Below the pieces are notes generated by a model, which was given only the letters and a program-made list of their open reading frames with translations, was not told where the DNA came from and ran no database searches. This document shows positions 20,087-29,542 of a DNA stretch of 64,000 nt, piece by piece; position 1 is the first letter of the stretch; each line of letters begins with the position of its first letter. The translations under genes were made by a program, and so were the position numbers. The stretch covers positions 224,001 through 288,000 of the forward strand of contig OY760074.1 in assembly GCA_963663035.1 (NCBI GenBank), given 5' to 3'. This stretch comes from Acidobacteriota bacterium (GTDB lineage Bacteria; Acidobacteriota; UBA6911; RPQK01; JADFOI01).

Positions 20087-20831
20087 CTAGGGCTGCGGCT
20101 CCCACATACATGCTGCCCAATCCCAGCACCAGCCGTGGTCGTTCCCGTGCCCGGATAAGACGAAGCCCGCTATAGAGCCCGGCGGCGATAGCCGTGTAAA
20201 ACACATACTGGGGATGGCCGGCAAGAATCTGCATGGTGATGGCAAACATACCCATCAGACACCAGGTGAAGGAACGTTCTTGGAGCAGGCCATCAATGGC
20301 CAGAAAGAGCAGTGGTGCCCATACCATGGCGCAGAGATTGGGGAGGTGCCCGGCAGAGACATGCAGGAAATAGGGACCGGAGAACATAAAGAGGATGGAT
20401 GAAAGGAGGCAAGCTGCTGGATGAAGCCCCCGGTGAAAGGTCCAGAGATAGATAAACAGCCCGGCCAGGAACACATGCAGCGCAATGCTCACATTAATTG
20501 CCTTGGCAAGCGGCAGCACCAGATACACCCAGTTGGGTGGATAGAGCAAGGCGGACTGAAAGCCTCCAAAGTATGGCATCCCCGAAAAGATGTGCGGATT
20601 CCACAGGGCCAGGTTGCCTTGGCCCAGCTGGCTGAAACCAAACTCGCGCCAATAGACGAACTGCGAGGACAGGTCGGTGCCCAATTGGGAGAGAATCACC
20701 TCTTTCGACGTGAACAGCACATCGACGAACATGAGAAGCGTCAATCCAAAGAGAACCAGAAGAGCCAGTAGGAAAGTTTTCTCTCGCATGTGTCTCTCAA
20801 AGCCGGAGTTGCCTCCGACGCGCTTGAAACT

Positions 20832-22538
20832 TTAAAAATGAATATATTTTTCTATTTCCAGAGCACTGACTGTGGGCAGATGGATGGGTTGGCTGGTACG
20901 GTGGAAAATAAGCACTCCCTGAGTAAAAGGATCGTCGACTTCAATCGGAGCAAAGATCCTCCAGGGAATCTCGGGTCGGGTTAAATTAGCCCATAGGACA
21001 GGAAGGACGGCTTCCAGCTCATATCCGCCCTCGCCATAGATGGCCGCCAACAACTGAGAAGATCGCTCGGGTGAGCGGCCCCCCACAATCACGTAATCGG
21101 GAACCGTGTTTTCCCAAAAGAGATCTGCCCTCAACTCCGCTGCATGCTTCTTGGCAAAGGGTGCCTGGTTGGTTAAAAGCCCGCAGAATTTGTGTTCGGG
21201 ATTGTGATGTATCTGGATCGTATTCAAAGCTGTGGGTATGATGAAGATACAGTCCTCGGGTGAAATCTCTTCTTGAATGAAATGGCTGATCGCTTCACTG
21301 CCCGTAGTGTAATCATTCATCACCTCTCCAACATACTGCAGCAGACGTGAGTGCAAACCGATCCGGCCGAAGAAGTTAAAGGTCAGCACATTACTCGACA
21401 GGAGAATAACCAGGAAAAGTTCGGGCAGACCGCGAAAGCGCGTTTTGCTCAGCAGCTCGTAAATCCTGGCTGCCACAGCAGCACTGATGGGGATGAGGAG
21501 AACATAATAGCGCATGTCTGTATCGGTGGCCGTCGAATCAGGGGTTTGAAGGGAAACGAGTGACACTGCAGTGATGATCCCCATGCCATAAGCCAATGTC
21601 AGGAGGATGCTCCTGAGGTGGTTTATTTCCGCTCTGCCCAGCGCGGCGGCTCCCACGGCTCCGAAAAGCAGCATGCCCACCGGAAAAAACTCAAAGCGAA
21701 CAGCGTCGCGCGGCACCATGAACATGAGACGAAAAAACTTGCTCACATGGTCAGTCATTCCTGACTCCAATACTTGCCCCATCACATGGTCGTTGCGGAG
21801 ACCCACCCAGGTCGCTGATACCACTCCCACCAGAATAATCACAGCTAGAAAAATCAGATTCCTCCTATTGCGGTATCTCTCGCGCAGCAGACTGATGATA
21901 ATGACGGCCACGGCCCCGCCAGCATAAAGATATTGGCTCAAGACCAGTAAGCAGAGGAACAGGGTTCCCAGCAGGATCCACCAACGGTATTTTCGGACAC
22001 GAGGAAGGGCAGCCCACACCCACAGAAGGCCGGCGAAAAACGTGAGGCCCAGGGCGTAGTAGCGAAGCTGGCGGATATATAAGAGGTAAGGGACCGACAG
22101 AGCAAGAATCAGGGCCACCATCCAATATTCATCACTGTCAAACTCGTGCTTGAACCAGGCTGCCAGGAGGGGAATCGAAAAGAGCCCAATGAGTACAAAC
22201 AGAGCGCGCCCTCCCGCGGCACTGTCTCCAAAAATCTTCTGGCTCAGACCAGCCACAAGGTATTGTAAAGGAGGCGAGTGGGTGTTGATCATGTCTTCAT
22301 TGACCCACCCCATCATCCCGTAGGCCATCAGGTTTCGTCCGTCCCACCCCACCATCTGGCCGGTCTCCATGAGATTGCGACCGTACACCGAGGTGAAAGC
22401 TTCATCGTCCCAGAAATCGTTATTTCCCAGGCCCCAAAAAGCCAGCAGTCCGGCCAGCACAGTCAAAAAGACGACAGCTCGCTTTCGGTTCAACGGCCCG
22501 TTCCACCCCAGCCTTTGTTCAGGAATTTCCTGCTCCAA
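20832..22538 (-). CDS. ArnT/PMT-like GT-C glycosyltransferase
   Basis: FWDDEA after TM1, HSPPLQY, RQLRYYAL, many TM helices. Confidence 0.8.
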   Translation of the reverse strand: MEQEIPEQRLGWNGPLNRKRAVVFLTVLAGLLAFWGLGNNDFWDDEAFTSVYGRNLMETGQMVGWDGRNLMAYGMMGWVNEDMINTHSPPLQYLVAGLSQKIFGDSAAGGRALFVLIGLFSIPLLAAWFKHEFDSDEYWMVALILALSVPYLLYIRQLRYYALGLTFFAGLLWVWAALPRVRKYRWWILLGTLFLCLLVLSQYLYAGGAVAVIIISLLRERYRNRRNLIFLAVIILVGVVSATWVGLRNDHVMGQVLESGMTDHVSKFFRLMFMVPRDAVRFEFFPVGMLLFGAVGAAALGRAEINHLRSILLTLAYGMGIITAVSLVSLQTPDSTATDTDMRYYVLLIPISAAVAARIYELLSKTRFRGLPELFLVILLSSNVLTFNFFGRIGLHSRLLQYVGEVMNDYTTGSEAISHFIQEEISPEDCIFIIPTALNTIQIHHNPEHKFCGLLTNQAPFAKKHAAELRADLFWENTVPDYVIVGGRSPERSSQLLAAIYGEGGYELEAVLPVLWANLTRPEIPWRIFAPIEVDDPFTQGVLIFHRTSQPIHLPTVSALEIEKYIHF

Positions 22539-22545
22539 ACTTGAG

Positions 22546-23712
22546 CTAGCTCCTTATAGCCTCTCTCAGGGCAGTGGCCGTGTACTCCCCGTCCTCTTCG
22601 CTGAAGTCGTGAAAGAGAGGCAGGAGGATGCATTGCTCCTGGGCCCGTTCGGACTCGGGCAACGGCAGGGGCAGGGGATTATTTGCATAGGCCTCTTCGC
22701 GGTGAGCGCACATGATTCCCCGGCGCGTGGAGATGCCACAGTCGAGCAACACTTGCATCACCTCCTGCTGGACACAGCCTTCTGGTAAACGCACACAGTA
22801 ACTTTGCCAGTTGCTGCGCGCCCAGGAAGGCTCCTCTGGCAGCAGCAGTCCGGGGATGTCGCCCAAAAGTTCTCGATACCGATCGGCCAGAGAGCGACGC
22901 TGCTTGACGAGATCGCTCACCTTCTTGAGCTGTTCGCGACCCACCGCAGCCTGAATGTCAGTCAAGCTGTACTTGTAGCCGAGAGCCGGGTAGGTTTCAA
23001 AAATGACCTTGTTGGAATCGTGTCGCACTGCGTCGGACACGCTCATTCCATGCTGGCGCCAGTGGCGAAACTTTTCGTCCCACTGACCGCGAGAGGTGGT
23101 CAGCATGCCACCATCACCCGTTGTGATGAGTTTACGGGGATGAAAGGAAAAGCAGGCAATGTCTCCATGGGGCTTCCCGATCTTTTCCCAATTACCCTCC
23201 TCCAGGATTTCGCTGCCGACGGCACAGGCGGCATCCTCGATCACCGGAAGGGAATGGCGCTGGGCAATCTGGAGAATCGCTTTCAAGTCGCACGGCATCC
23301 CCATTTGATGGACACACAGGATGGCTCGGGTACGGTCCGTTATCGCTTCCCCTAGGACCTCTGGGTCCATGTTAAAGGTACCGGGCTGAATGTCCACAAA
23401 GACTGGTGTGGCTCCGCAGTAGCGGATGCTGTTGGCGGTGGCGATGAAGGAATGGCTGACGGTGATGACCTCATCGCCCGGCTGGACGCCGACCGCCAAT
23501 AGGGCCAGATGCAGGGCGCCGGTGCAGCTGGAGACGGCGCAGGCGTATGGGCTTCCTACCAGTACGGCAAATTCCTGCTCGAATGCGGCCACCTCAGGAC
23601 CCTGGGTCACCCAAGCTGAGAGGATGGGACGGCTTGACGCCTGCACCTCCGCCTCATCCAGCCACGGCTTGGAGAGGGGAATGCTGCGGGTCTTATGACT
23701 GCTTTTCGACAT
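22546..23712 (-). CDS. DegT/DnrJ/EryC1/StrS sugar aminotransferase
   Basis: SSCTGALHLAL, IEDAAC, FSFHPRKLITTGDGG. Confidence 0.95.
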   Translation of the reverse strand: MSKSSHKTRSIPLSKPWLDEAEVQASSRPILSAWVTQGPEVAAFEQEFAVLVGSPYACAVSSCTGALHLALLAVGVQPGDEVITVSHSFIATANSIRYCGATPVFVDIQPGTFNMDPEVLGEAITDRTRAILCVHQMGMPCDLKAILQIAQRHSLPVIEDAACAVGSEILEEGNWEKIGKPHGDIACFSFHPRKLITTGDGGMLTTSRGQWDEKFRHWRQHGMSVSDAVRHDSNKVIFETYPALGYKYSLTDIQAAVGREQLKKVSDLVKQRRSLADRYRELLGDIPGLLLPEEPSWARSNWQSYCVRLPEGCVQQEVMQVLLDCGISTRRGIMCAHREEAYANNPLPLPLPESERAQEQCILLPLFHDFSEEDGEYTATALREAIRS

Positions 23713-24714
23713 CTAAAGCTTCCATTTCCAGTTGTAAAGAATTTCTTGCTCTAACAACTCCTCTGCCGTCTTGACGCTTTCCAGATACCACTGCTCCAGG
23801 TTCATCAATCCCTGGCGCAGCGGAACACGAGGTGTATAACCCAGCATCTCACGAGCTTTGGAGGCATCCGCCCACAGGCGGGGGACATCACCGGGGCGAG
23901 GGTCGTCGAGGATGATCTGCGCATCGGATAGACCGACGACCTCAGCCACCTCCCGCGCCAAATCGACAATACGCACCTCCTTGCCTTGACCGAGATTAAT
24001 GGTTTCTCCGAGTGCCTCTTTCGAGGAACCGGCCCGCAGAATCCCCCAGGCCGTATCGCTGACATAGGTGAAGTCGCGGGTCTGGGTTCCGTCGCCGAAG
24101 ATTACCATCGGCTGACCCGCCATAGTGCGCAGCATGAATTTGGGGATCACCTCTCCGCAATCTCCTTCATGATGGCAGTGAGGGCCATAGGTGTTAAACG
24201 GCCGCACCACCACCGTGGGATAGTTGTAGGTTTGATGGAAGGCGCGGGTATAGCATTCTCCGGCCAGTTTCGACGCACCATAAACGGTCCTAGGGAAGGT
24301 GGGAGCCTCCTCACATTGCGGAAACCTGCGAGTTGTACCGTAGACTTCGGAACTGGAGACATACACAAATCGCTCCACTCCGACCTCTCGGGCCACCTCC
24401 AGCAGCTGCAGCGTGGCCGTTGCATTCACTTCATGGTTTTCCTGGGGAGAGTGGATGGAATGACGCACCCCCATACAGGCCAGATGGAACACTCTCTTGA
24501 CTCCCTGCATGGCCTGGCGCATGCGGGATTCATCGCGGATGTCGGCGATCACCCATTCCACCTTATCGCCAGGGCAGTCGTCCAGGTTCTCGCGTTTGCC
24601 GTTGACCAGGTTGTCGACGACCGTGACGTGGGCGCCGGCCTTGACGAGCTGTCTGGTCAGCTCTGAGCCGATAAAGCCTGCGCCGCCGGTGACCAACATT
24701 CGTATATCCGCCAT
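23713..24714 (-). CDS. NAD-dependent epimerase/dehydratase
   Basis: TGGAGFIG, SSSEVYG, YGASK, RDFTYV. Start at MADIRM (the ORF-track extension runs into a MITE). Confidence 0.93.
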   Translation of the reverse strand: MADIRMLVTGGAGFIGSELTRQLVKAGAHVTVVDNLVNGKRENLDDCPGDKVEWVIADIRDESRMRQAMQGVKRVFHLACMGVRHSIHSPQENHEVNATATLQLLEVAREVGVERFVYVSSSEVYGTTRRFPQCEEAPTFPRTVYGASKLAGECYTRAFHQTYNYPTVVVRPFNTYGPHCHHEGDCGEVIPKFMLRTMAGQPMVIFGDGTQTRDFTYVSDTAWGILRAGSSKEALGETINLGQGKEVRIVDLAREVAEVVGLSDAQIILDDPRPGDVPRLWADASKAREMLGYTPRVPLRQGLMNLEQWYLESVKTAEELLEQEILYNWKWKL

Positions 24715-24761
24715 GCTGAGAATTCCCTTATCTCCACTATTGTCGCACAGTTGCCGTATAG

Positions 24762-24951
24762 GCGGGATTATGCATAAATTGTCTACTGCAGTGCCGCAAT
24801 CATCCACGCTGACTGCGTTGTGCTTCCTTGGGCTCCTCGGCGTACTGCATGAGTACGCCGAGGAGCCCGACCCGCAAGCGGGTACCCCTCGCAGGCCTTG
24901 TCATCGCGGCGCCTGCTGCACTTCGTCACGAAAATCTATGCATAACCCCGC
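24762..24951. mobile_element. IS1380-like MITE with an extra 45-bp hairpin module
   Basis: IR gcgggattatgcata / tatgcataaccccgc. Internal perfect 17-bp stem at 24830-24868. Confidence 0.85.
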
Positions 24952-24971
24952 CTCCTAGGCAGGGACCCAAG

Positions 24972-24993
24972 CCGGGATTATGCATAACCCCGG
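24972..24993. repeat. 22-bp fused-end palindrome of the MITE
   Basis: ccgggattatgcataaccccgg. Confidence 0.75.
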
Positions 24994-25001
24994 CTACCCT
25001 T

Positions 25002-25730
25002 TTATCCGTCCGCTTTCTTCTGCAGGATCAGCATTCGATGCTTGGGTTGGGCAAGGCTTTCATGGGGAACGTCATGTTCTCCCACCAGATCCAGACCCCA
25101 GGATGCTTTCAGAAGCCGGCGGAGTGCCGGGCAGTCATAGAGGTGTGGCAGCAGGTACATGTAGTGAATCCGTTCCCTCAGCGATGGCTCGTCGTATCGT
25201 CTGCCGTGCAGGACTTTGGCAGCGGCCAAGAGAATCGAGTCAGTCAAGGGGTTGCGCAACAGGCGAAAGGCGCGACGGAGGGACCAGAGTATGTGGTTGT
25301 AGGCGCAGGTATAGGGAATCGTTGCTACCAGCTTGCCTCCCGCAACCAGATCGGAGTTGATTTTCCCGAAGAGTGTTGCCTGAGGTGCATCGATATTCTG
25401 GAGAGTGGAGTCCGAGACGATCAGATCAAAAGGTGTGGCCTCGAAGTGCAGATAGTCGGCCACTTCGAATGTCAACCGTTCCTGGCCTGGCTGAGCACGG
25501 GCATACTCCGTTGCCCGCTGGATATTCATCTCACCAATATCGATCCCGGTGAGATGAGCATTGGGTAGAGCCTTGGCCAGGTCCAACAGCTGCCGGCCGG
25601 TTCCACATCCCAGATCCAGGACGCGGAGAGATCGCTGGGCGTCCACATAGGGGAGAAGGAGTTCCGTTGTTTGACGGCACCGGTCCTGAGGAGCCGTAAA
25701 TGTCTTGTCCAGGAAATCCTCTCTCGCCAT
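25002..25730 (-). CDS. Class I SAM-dependent methyltransferase
   Basis: VLDLGCGTG, GIDI, FDLIVS. TGATG overlap with the upstream gene. Confidence 0.88.
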   Translation of the reverse strand: MAREDFLDKTFTAPQDRCRQTTELLLPYVDAQRSLRVLDLGCGTGRQLLDLAKALPNAHLTGIDIGEMNIQRATEYARAQPGQERLTFEVADYLHFEATPFDLIVSDSTLQNIDAPQATLFGKINSDLVAGGKLVATIPYTCAYNHILWSLRRAFRLLRNPLTDSILLAAAKVLHGRRYDEPSLRERIHYMYLLPHLYDCPALRRLLKASWGLDLVGEHDVPHESLAQPKHRMLILQKKADG

Positions 25731-26890
25731 CAACTCGCTCGATTGACTTTCGTCTTTTCGAAGGCTCGCTCCAGCACTTCCCCGGGTGTGCTCCAGAGAT
25801 AGCGATCCGAATCGGACACATAGTCGAGAAAACGCCGGTAGGCGTCCAGGGCAGGTGCGTTGCCGGAGAATCGGGCTTCGCAATGGGTCAGCAGCACAAC
25901 CACGCCTCCTGCACGGGAGATGGCCTCCCCACAGCGGATCCAGAAGTCGAGGGACTGGTTTGGAGAATAACCCAGAGCCTTGAGACTTCCGTCCCGAGGA
26001 AGGCTTATGGGAATCTCGACAATGCCTTCGATCTGAAAAGGTCGGGCGCTGGAACAACCGTTGTTGGGAACCGGAAAGAGCCCTCCAGATGTGGGTATGC
26101 TGGAGTCATAGCGGTAGAATTCCCGGAGGGATTTGAGCAGGCTGGGGGTGCGCAGCAGAGATGGGGAACGATAACCGATGATGTCATACCGCCCGATGAG
26201 CTCGCTTGCTCCTTGCAGTCTTTCTCTTTGCTGGTCGGGATCGCAGAAGGCCGTACGGTTGGCATGGTCGTGCCCGTGGATTCCGACCTCGTGTCCCCGA
26301 TGCTTCAGCTCGTCCAGCAAAGCATAATCGATCGGCCAGCCGCAGGGCACAATATAGCTGCTGGAGCGGGCGCCCACCTTCTCCTCTAAATCGAGAAACT
26401 TTCTCACAACGTTCTCCAGGCCTTCGAGTGAATCCAGGTCGTGAGAGAGCAGAACCGGTGTGGGACCCGAGCGGAAGGGTGATGGCTCACTCCCACACAG
26501 ATCGGACAGGAAGTCGACGCTCAAATCCAGGGGCCACCTGGGAAAAGTTGCCCAGCGCTCTGAGTGCCGACGCTTCCAGCGTCCAATCACCAAGGCTACC
26601 AGGCTGCGAAGCCTGGCCGGTACCATCTGGTAGGAAACCGGCAGTCGGGAGGAGACTGGCTGGTGGGGAGTATAGGCCGCCCGTGATCTCAAATCCTGGA
26701 TATCTCGAGGGTTAATGGGAGGGATCTCCGCTGGGATGGTCAAGTTGTCATCCGCGTCGAGGTTATCAATGAGCCCGCTTTTCTCCAGTGTGGACCGAGG
26801 GAGAGACACCTGCATGCCCTCTGCCCAGGCGACAGGCGAATCGGCTGGGACCTCTCTGATTCGCACGGGAATCAGCCTCTCAATGTCCAC
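25730..26890 (-). CDS. Polysaccharide deacetylase-family protein
   Basis: LSHDLD, GHEVGIHGHDH, GYRSP, YDSS, LLTH. GTG start is inferred. Confidence 0.82.
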   Translation of the reverse strand: MDIERLIPVRIREVPADSPVAWAEGMQVSLPRSTLEKSGLIDNLDADDNLTIPAEIPPINPRDIQDLRSRAAYTPHQPVSSRLPVSYQMVPARLRSLVALVIGRWKRRHSERWATFPRWPLDLSVDFLSDLCGSEPSPFRSGPTPVLLSHDLDSLEGLENVVRKFLDLEEKVGARSSSYIVPCGWPIDYALLDELKHRGHEVGIHGHDHANRTAFCDPDQQRERLQGASELIGRYDIIGYRSPSLLRTPSLLKSLREFYRYDSSIPTSGGLFPVPNNGCSSARPFQIEGIVEIPISLPRDGSLKALGYSPNQSLDFWIRCGEAISRAGGVVVLLTHCEARFSGNAPALDAYRRFLDYVSDSDRYLWSTPGEVLERAFEKTKVNRAS

Positions 26891-27914
26891 GGCTGCCTTC
26901 GGCCTCCGGGTGTGCACTTCCCTCTGTGAGAATTGAAGGGTCAGTCTTTTCGGGTTTATGGGAGGACCTGGCCTGGTCGCTGATGAAATAGAGAGGCCGG
27001 CGAACAACCTCCGCATAGATACGGTAAAGATATTCCCCCACGATACCCATCAGGAAGCACTGGATTCCGAAGAACAGAGCCATGGTCATCATTTGGCTCG
27101 TCCACCCCAGCACCGGGTTGCCGGTCGACCAACTATAAAGCAAGTAAAGGGCTAGGACGATGGTCAGCAGAAAGGCCACGACTCCCACCAATGTAATCAG
27201 CCTCACTGGCAGGAAAGAAAACCCGATGAAGGCATCGTACATGGTGATGACCATCTTGCTGAGAGTCCAACCGGAGACGCCGGAAACACGCCGTTTGCGG
27301 TCGTAGTCGACCACCGCCTGTTCAAAGCCTGTCCAGGCTGCCAAGGCGAAGGTAATGCGGCTGCGCTCTTGAAACTGGCGCATGCACTCAGCTACTCGCC
27401 TGTCCACAAGGAAAAAGCTGCCGGTGGTAAATTGGGATCCGTGGGGCATGGCAAACCGGCGCAGCAGTCTGTAGAACAAATTGCTGGTGAGGATTCGCCA
27501 GAATCGATCCTTTCTGCTCTGACGACGTCCCCACACGATTTGGGCTCCACCTTCCCACTTCTTGAGGAACTCGAGAATCACTTCGGGGGGGTCCTGTAGA
27601 TCGCAGGCCAGGATGGTAATGACATCTCCTTCGGCCTGGGCAAAGCCCGCACTCAGTGCGGTATGGGAACCGAAGTTTCGTGACAGTCGAATGCCCTGGA
27701 ATCGGGGATCTCTCTTACAGATTTCACGAATGATCTCCCAGCTGTGGTCGTGGCTGCCATCTTCGATGAAGAGCACCTGGAAATCGTAGTCCGAGCGAGA
27801 AAGTAAGACTTCCTTGACCGACCGCTCGTAATCGGGCAGACTATCCTCCTCGTTGTACACGGCTGTGAGGATGACGACACGAGGAGATGTGCCTCCTGGG
27901 GGGGATTTACTCAT
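26880..27914 (-). CDS. GT2 polyprenyl-phosphate glycosyltransferase (GtrB/ArnC-like)
   Basis: YNEE, EDGSHD, LSRNFG, DLQDPPE, two C-terminal TMs, GEYLYRIY..RPLY. Confidence 0.92.
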   Translation of the reverse strand: MSKSPPGGTSPRVVILTAVYNEEDSLPDYERSVKEVLLSRSDYDFQVLFIEDGSHDHSWEIIREICKRDPRFQGIRLSRNFGSHTALSAGFAQAEGDVITILACDLQDPPEVILEFLKKWEGGAQIVWGRRQSRKDRFWRILTSNLFYRLLRRFAMPHGSQFTTGSFFLVDRRVAECMRQFQERSRITFALAAWTGFEQAVVDYDRKRRVSGVSGWTLSKMVITMYDAFIGFSFLPVRLITLVGVVAFLLTIVLALYLLYSWSTGNPVLGWTSQMMTMALFFGIQCFLMGIVGEYLYRIYAEVVRRPLYFISDQARSSHKPEKTDPSILTEGSAHPEAEGSRGH

Positions 27915-28675
27915 GAAGTCTCCCACATCTGAAATTCGAGGCCCAGCAGTTCCTCCAGCTCGGAATTGGGTTGGGCATACCGATCCTGTAGCATTCTGAG
28001 GCTTTCCGCGGACAGGAGTTTTCCATTTTTCCTGGAGGGGTTACTCACTCCCACACTGGCCGCGTTCTCGGCTTGCACTGAAATCCCCAGAAACTCATAC
28101 AGGCTCCGGGCCAGCTCCTGAGGCTTGGTCATGATGTCTTCATATCTGAGACAAAGGATTTGTTCTCTGGGGAAGCGCTTGAAATAGGGGTAAAGCAGTT
28201 GCGCGTAAAGCCCGCGTGAGAAGTAGGCGTGAGGGCGAGCATAGCGCAGGTGCTCGGGAACGTCACGTTCTCGCTGCTCTTCCAGGTCCAGGGCCGTCTC
28301 AAAGTCTTCACTTTCCAATCCGTTCATGCTCGACCAAAGAAAGTTGGAGTAGGCTCGACCAGCAGGCTCGCGCAGGATGAAAAGCAGTTTCACCCGCGGC
28401 AGATGTTGATGGATTCGCTCGGCTGCTCGGGGACTCTCCAGGTAATTGGTGCTCTTTTCGCCGGCAAGCTGTTGATCGGGTGCGTTGGAGAACCACGTTC
28501 GCTCATAGTAATGGATGCCTTTCTGGTAGATCTCATCGACAAGAAAGAACTTGGGCTCGGGCTTCACGGGTACCGCCATGTAGACCTGCGGGTGGTGAGC
28601 CAGCAGATCGTAGAGCCAGGTGGTGCCACTGCGAGGAGCACCGCCAATCAGGAAATCGGGTAAGCGTTCAGGCAC
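27911..28675 (-). CDS. PAPS-dependent sulfotransferase
   Basis: 5'-PSB loop PDFLIGGAPRSGTTWL, GEKSTNY, 3'-PB motif LREPAGRAYS. Confidence 0.92.
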   Translation of the reverse strand: MPERLPDFLIGGAPRSGTTWLYDLLAHHPQVYMAVPVKPEPKFFLVDEIYQKGIHYYERTWFSNAPDQQLAGEKSTNYLESPRAAERIHQHLPRVKLLFILREPAGRAYSNFLWSSMNGLESEDFETALDLEEQRERDVPEHLRYARPHAYFSRGLYAQLLYPYFKRFPREQILCLRYEDIMTKPQELARSLYEFLGISVQAENAASVGVSNPSRKNGKLLSAESLRMLQDRYAQPNSELEELLGLEFQMWETS

Positions 28676-29534
28676 CGGACTTTCTCACCACAATAAAGAG
28701 GGTTGGGGCCAGGGGAAGGAAGCTCTTTCGATTCACAAAAGGAAAGTCGAGAAATTTCAGCGGGAACAGCAGTACGCAAAAAATCAGAGAGAGAGAAGCC
28801 TTGATCTTCTCCTGGCCAAAACTGAAAAGGATGGAAAGGAACTCGATCAGACAGACCAGTCCCAGGGTCACAGGACCTGTGGCGTTGATTTGCTCGATCA
28901 TTTCCCACTCCTTGAACAAAGCCTCCTGTCCTTTATGAGTATACCGCTGAAAGTCATGTGGGGAGGCATGAAAGGGGAACAGAAACGGGATCAAGTGCAG
29001 ACCCAGACCTCCCGGTCTGGTGCAGCGGTCGAATTGTTGGATGACCAGGGAGTTGTCGGAAATATGCTCCAGAACGCTTCGAGAGACAAAGGCATCCACG
29101 CTGTCGCTCTTAAACGGGAGCATCTTCAGATCGCACACCACATCCACGGCGTCATAGTCAAAGAAGTCAAGGGTGATGATATTTTCATCCATCCGGTAAT
29201 TCCCACAACCCACATCAACCACGATCTGCCGGGCCGGATCGAGACGCTGACAGATCTTGCCCCGAAAGTTGAACGGATAGGTGGGCGCAATCACATTGCG
29301 GCCGATCGTGTAATAGTATCGACCCAGCCACTTCTTCAGGAAGCCTTTGAGCTTGTCCAACTCGTCGACTCTCTCCGGCACTGAGACGAAGTAAATCTTT
29401 CCGCGCTGGATGGAATAGGCGGCCTGGCAGGGCTGGCAAGTCGCCTGGTCCAGCGTATAGTGCAAGTTCCCCTGACAGGCGGGACAGGCTAGGATGGGTT
29501 TTAGACGCTCCAGGCGATGGTTGGAATCGCTCAT
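28668..29534 (-). CDS. SAM methyltransferase with N-terminal Trm112-like Cys4 motif
   Basis: LACPAC...CQPC, VDVGCG, LPF, VLEHI, H..PHDFQRYT. Confidence 0.85.
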   Translation of the reverse strand: MSDSNHRLERLKPILACPACQGNLHYTLDQATCQPCQAAYSIQRGKIYFVSVPERVDELDKLKGFLKKWLGRYYYTIGRNVIAPTYPFNFRGKICQRLDPARQIVVDVGCGNYRMDENIITLDFFDYDAVDVVCDLKMLPFKSDSVDAFVSRSVLEHISDNSLVIQQFDRCTRPGGLGLHLIPFLFPFHASPHDFQRYTHKGQEALFKEWEMIEQINATGPVTLGLVCLIEFLSILFSFGQEKIKASLSLIFCVLLFPLKFLDFPFVNRKSFLPLAPTLFIVVRKSGA

Positions 29535-29542
29535 GGATTCCC

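Larger units (their letters stand above)
16849..20789 (-). pseudogene. YfhO-like GT-C membrane glycosyltransferase interrupted by IS1380
   Basis: N-part (LWNPHIFSGMP, LLYPPN, AGHPQ) and C-part (DSYSKGW, RAVPLGAGNH) rejoin in frame at the CTAG target, giving 765 aa after removal of the IS. Confidence 0.88.

Noticed and set aside
24828-25568. Many 60-300 aa antisense or alternate-frame ORFs across the window
   Set aside because: Shadow ORFs of real genes in GC-rich DNA with no recognisable motifs.
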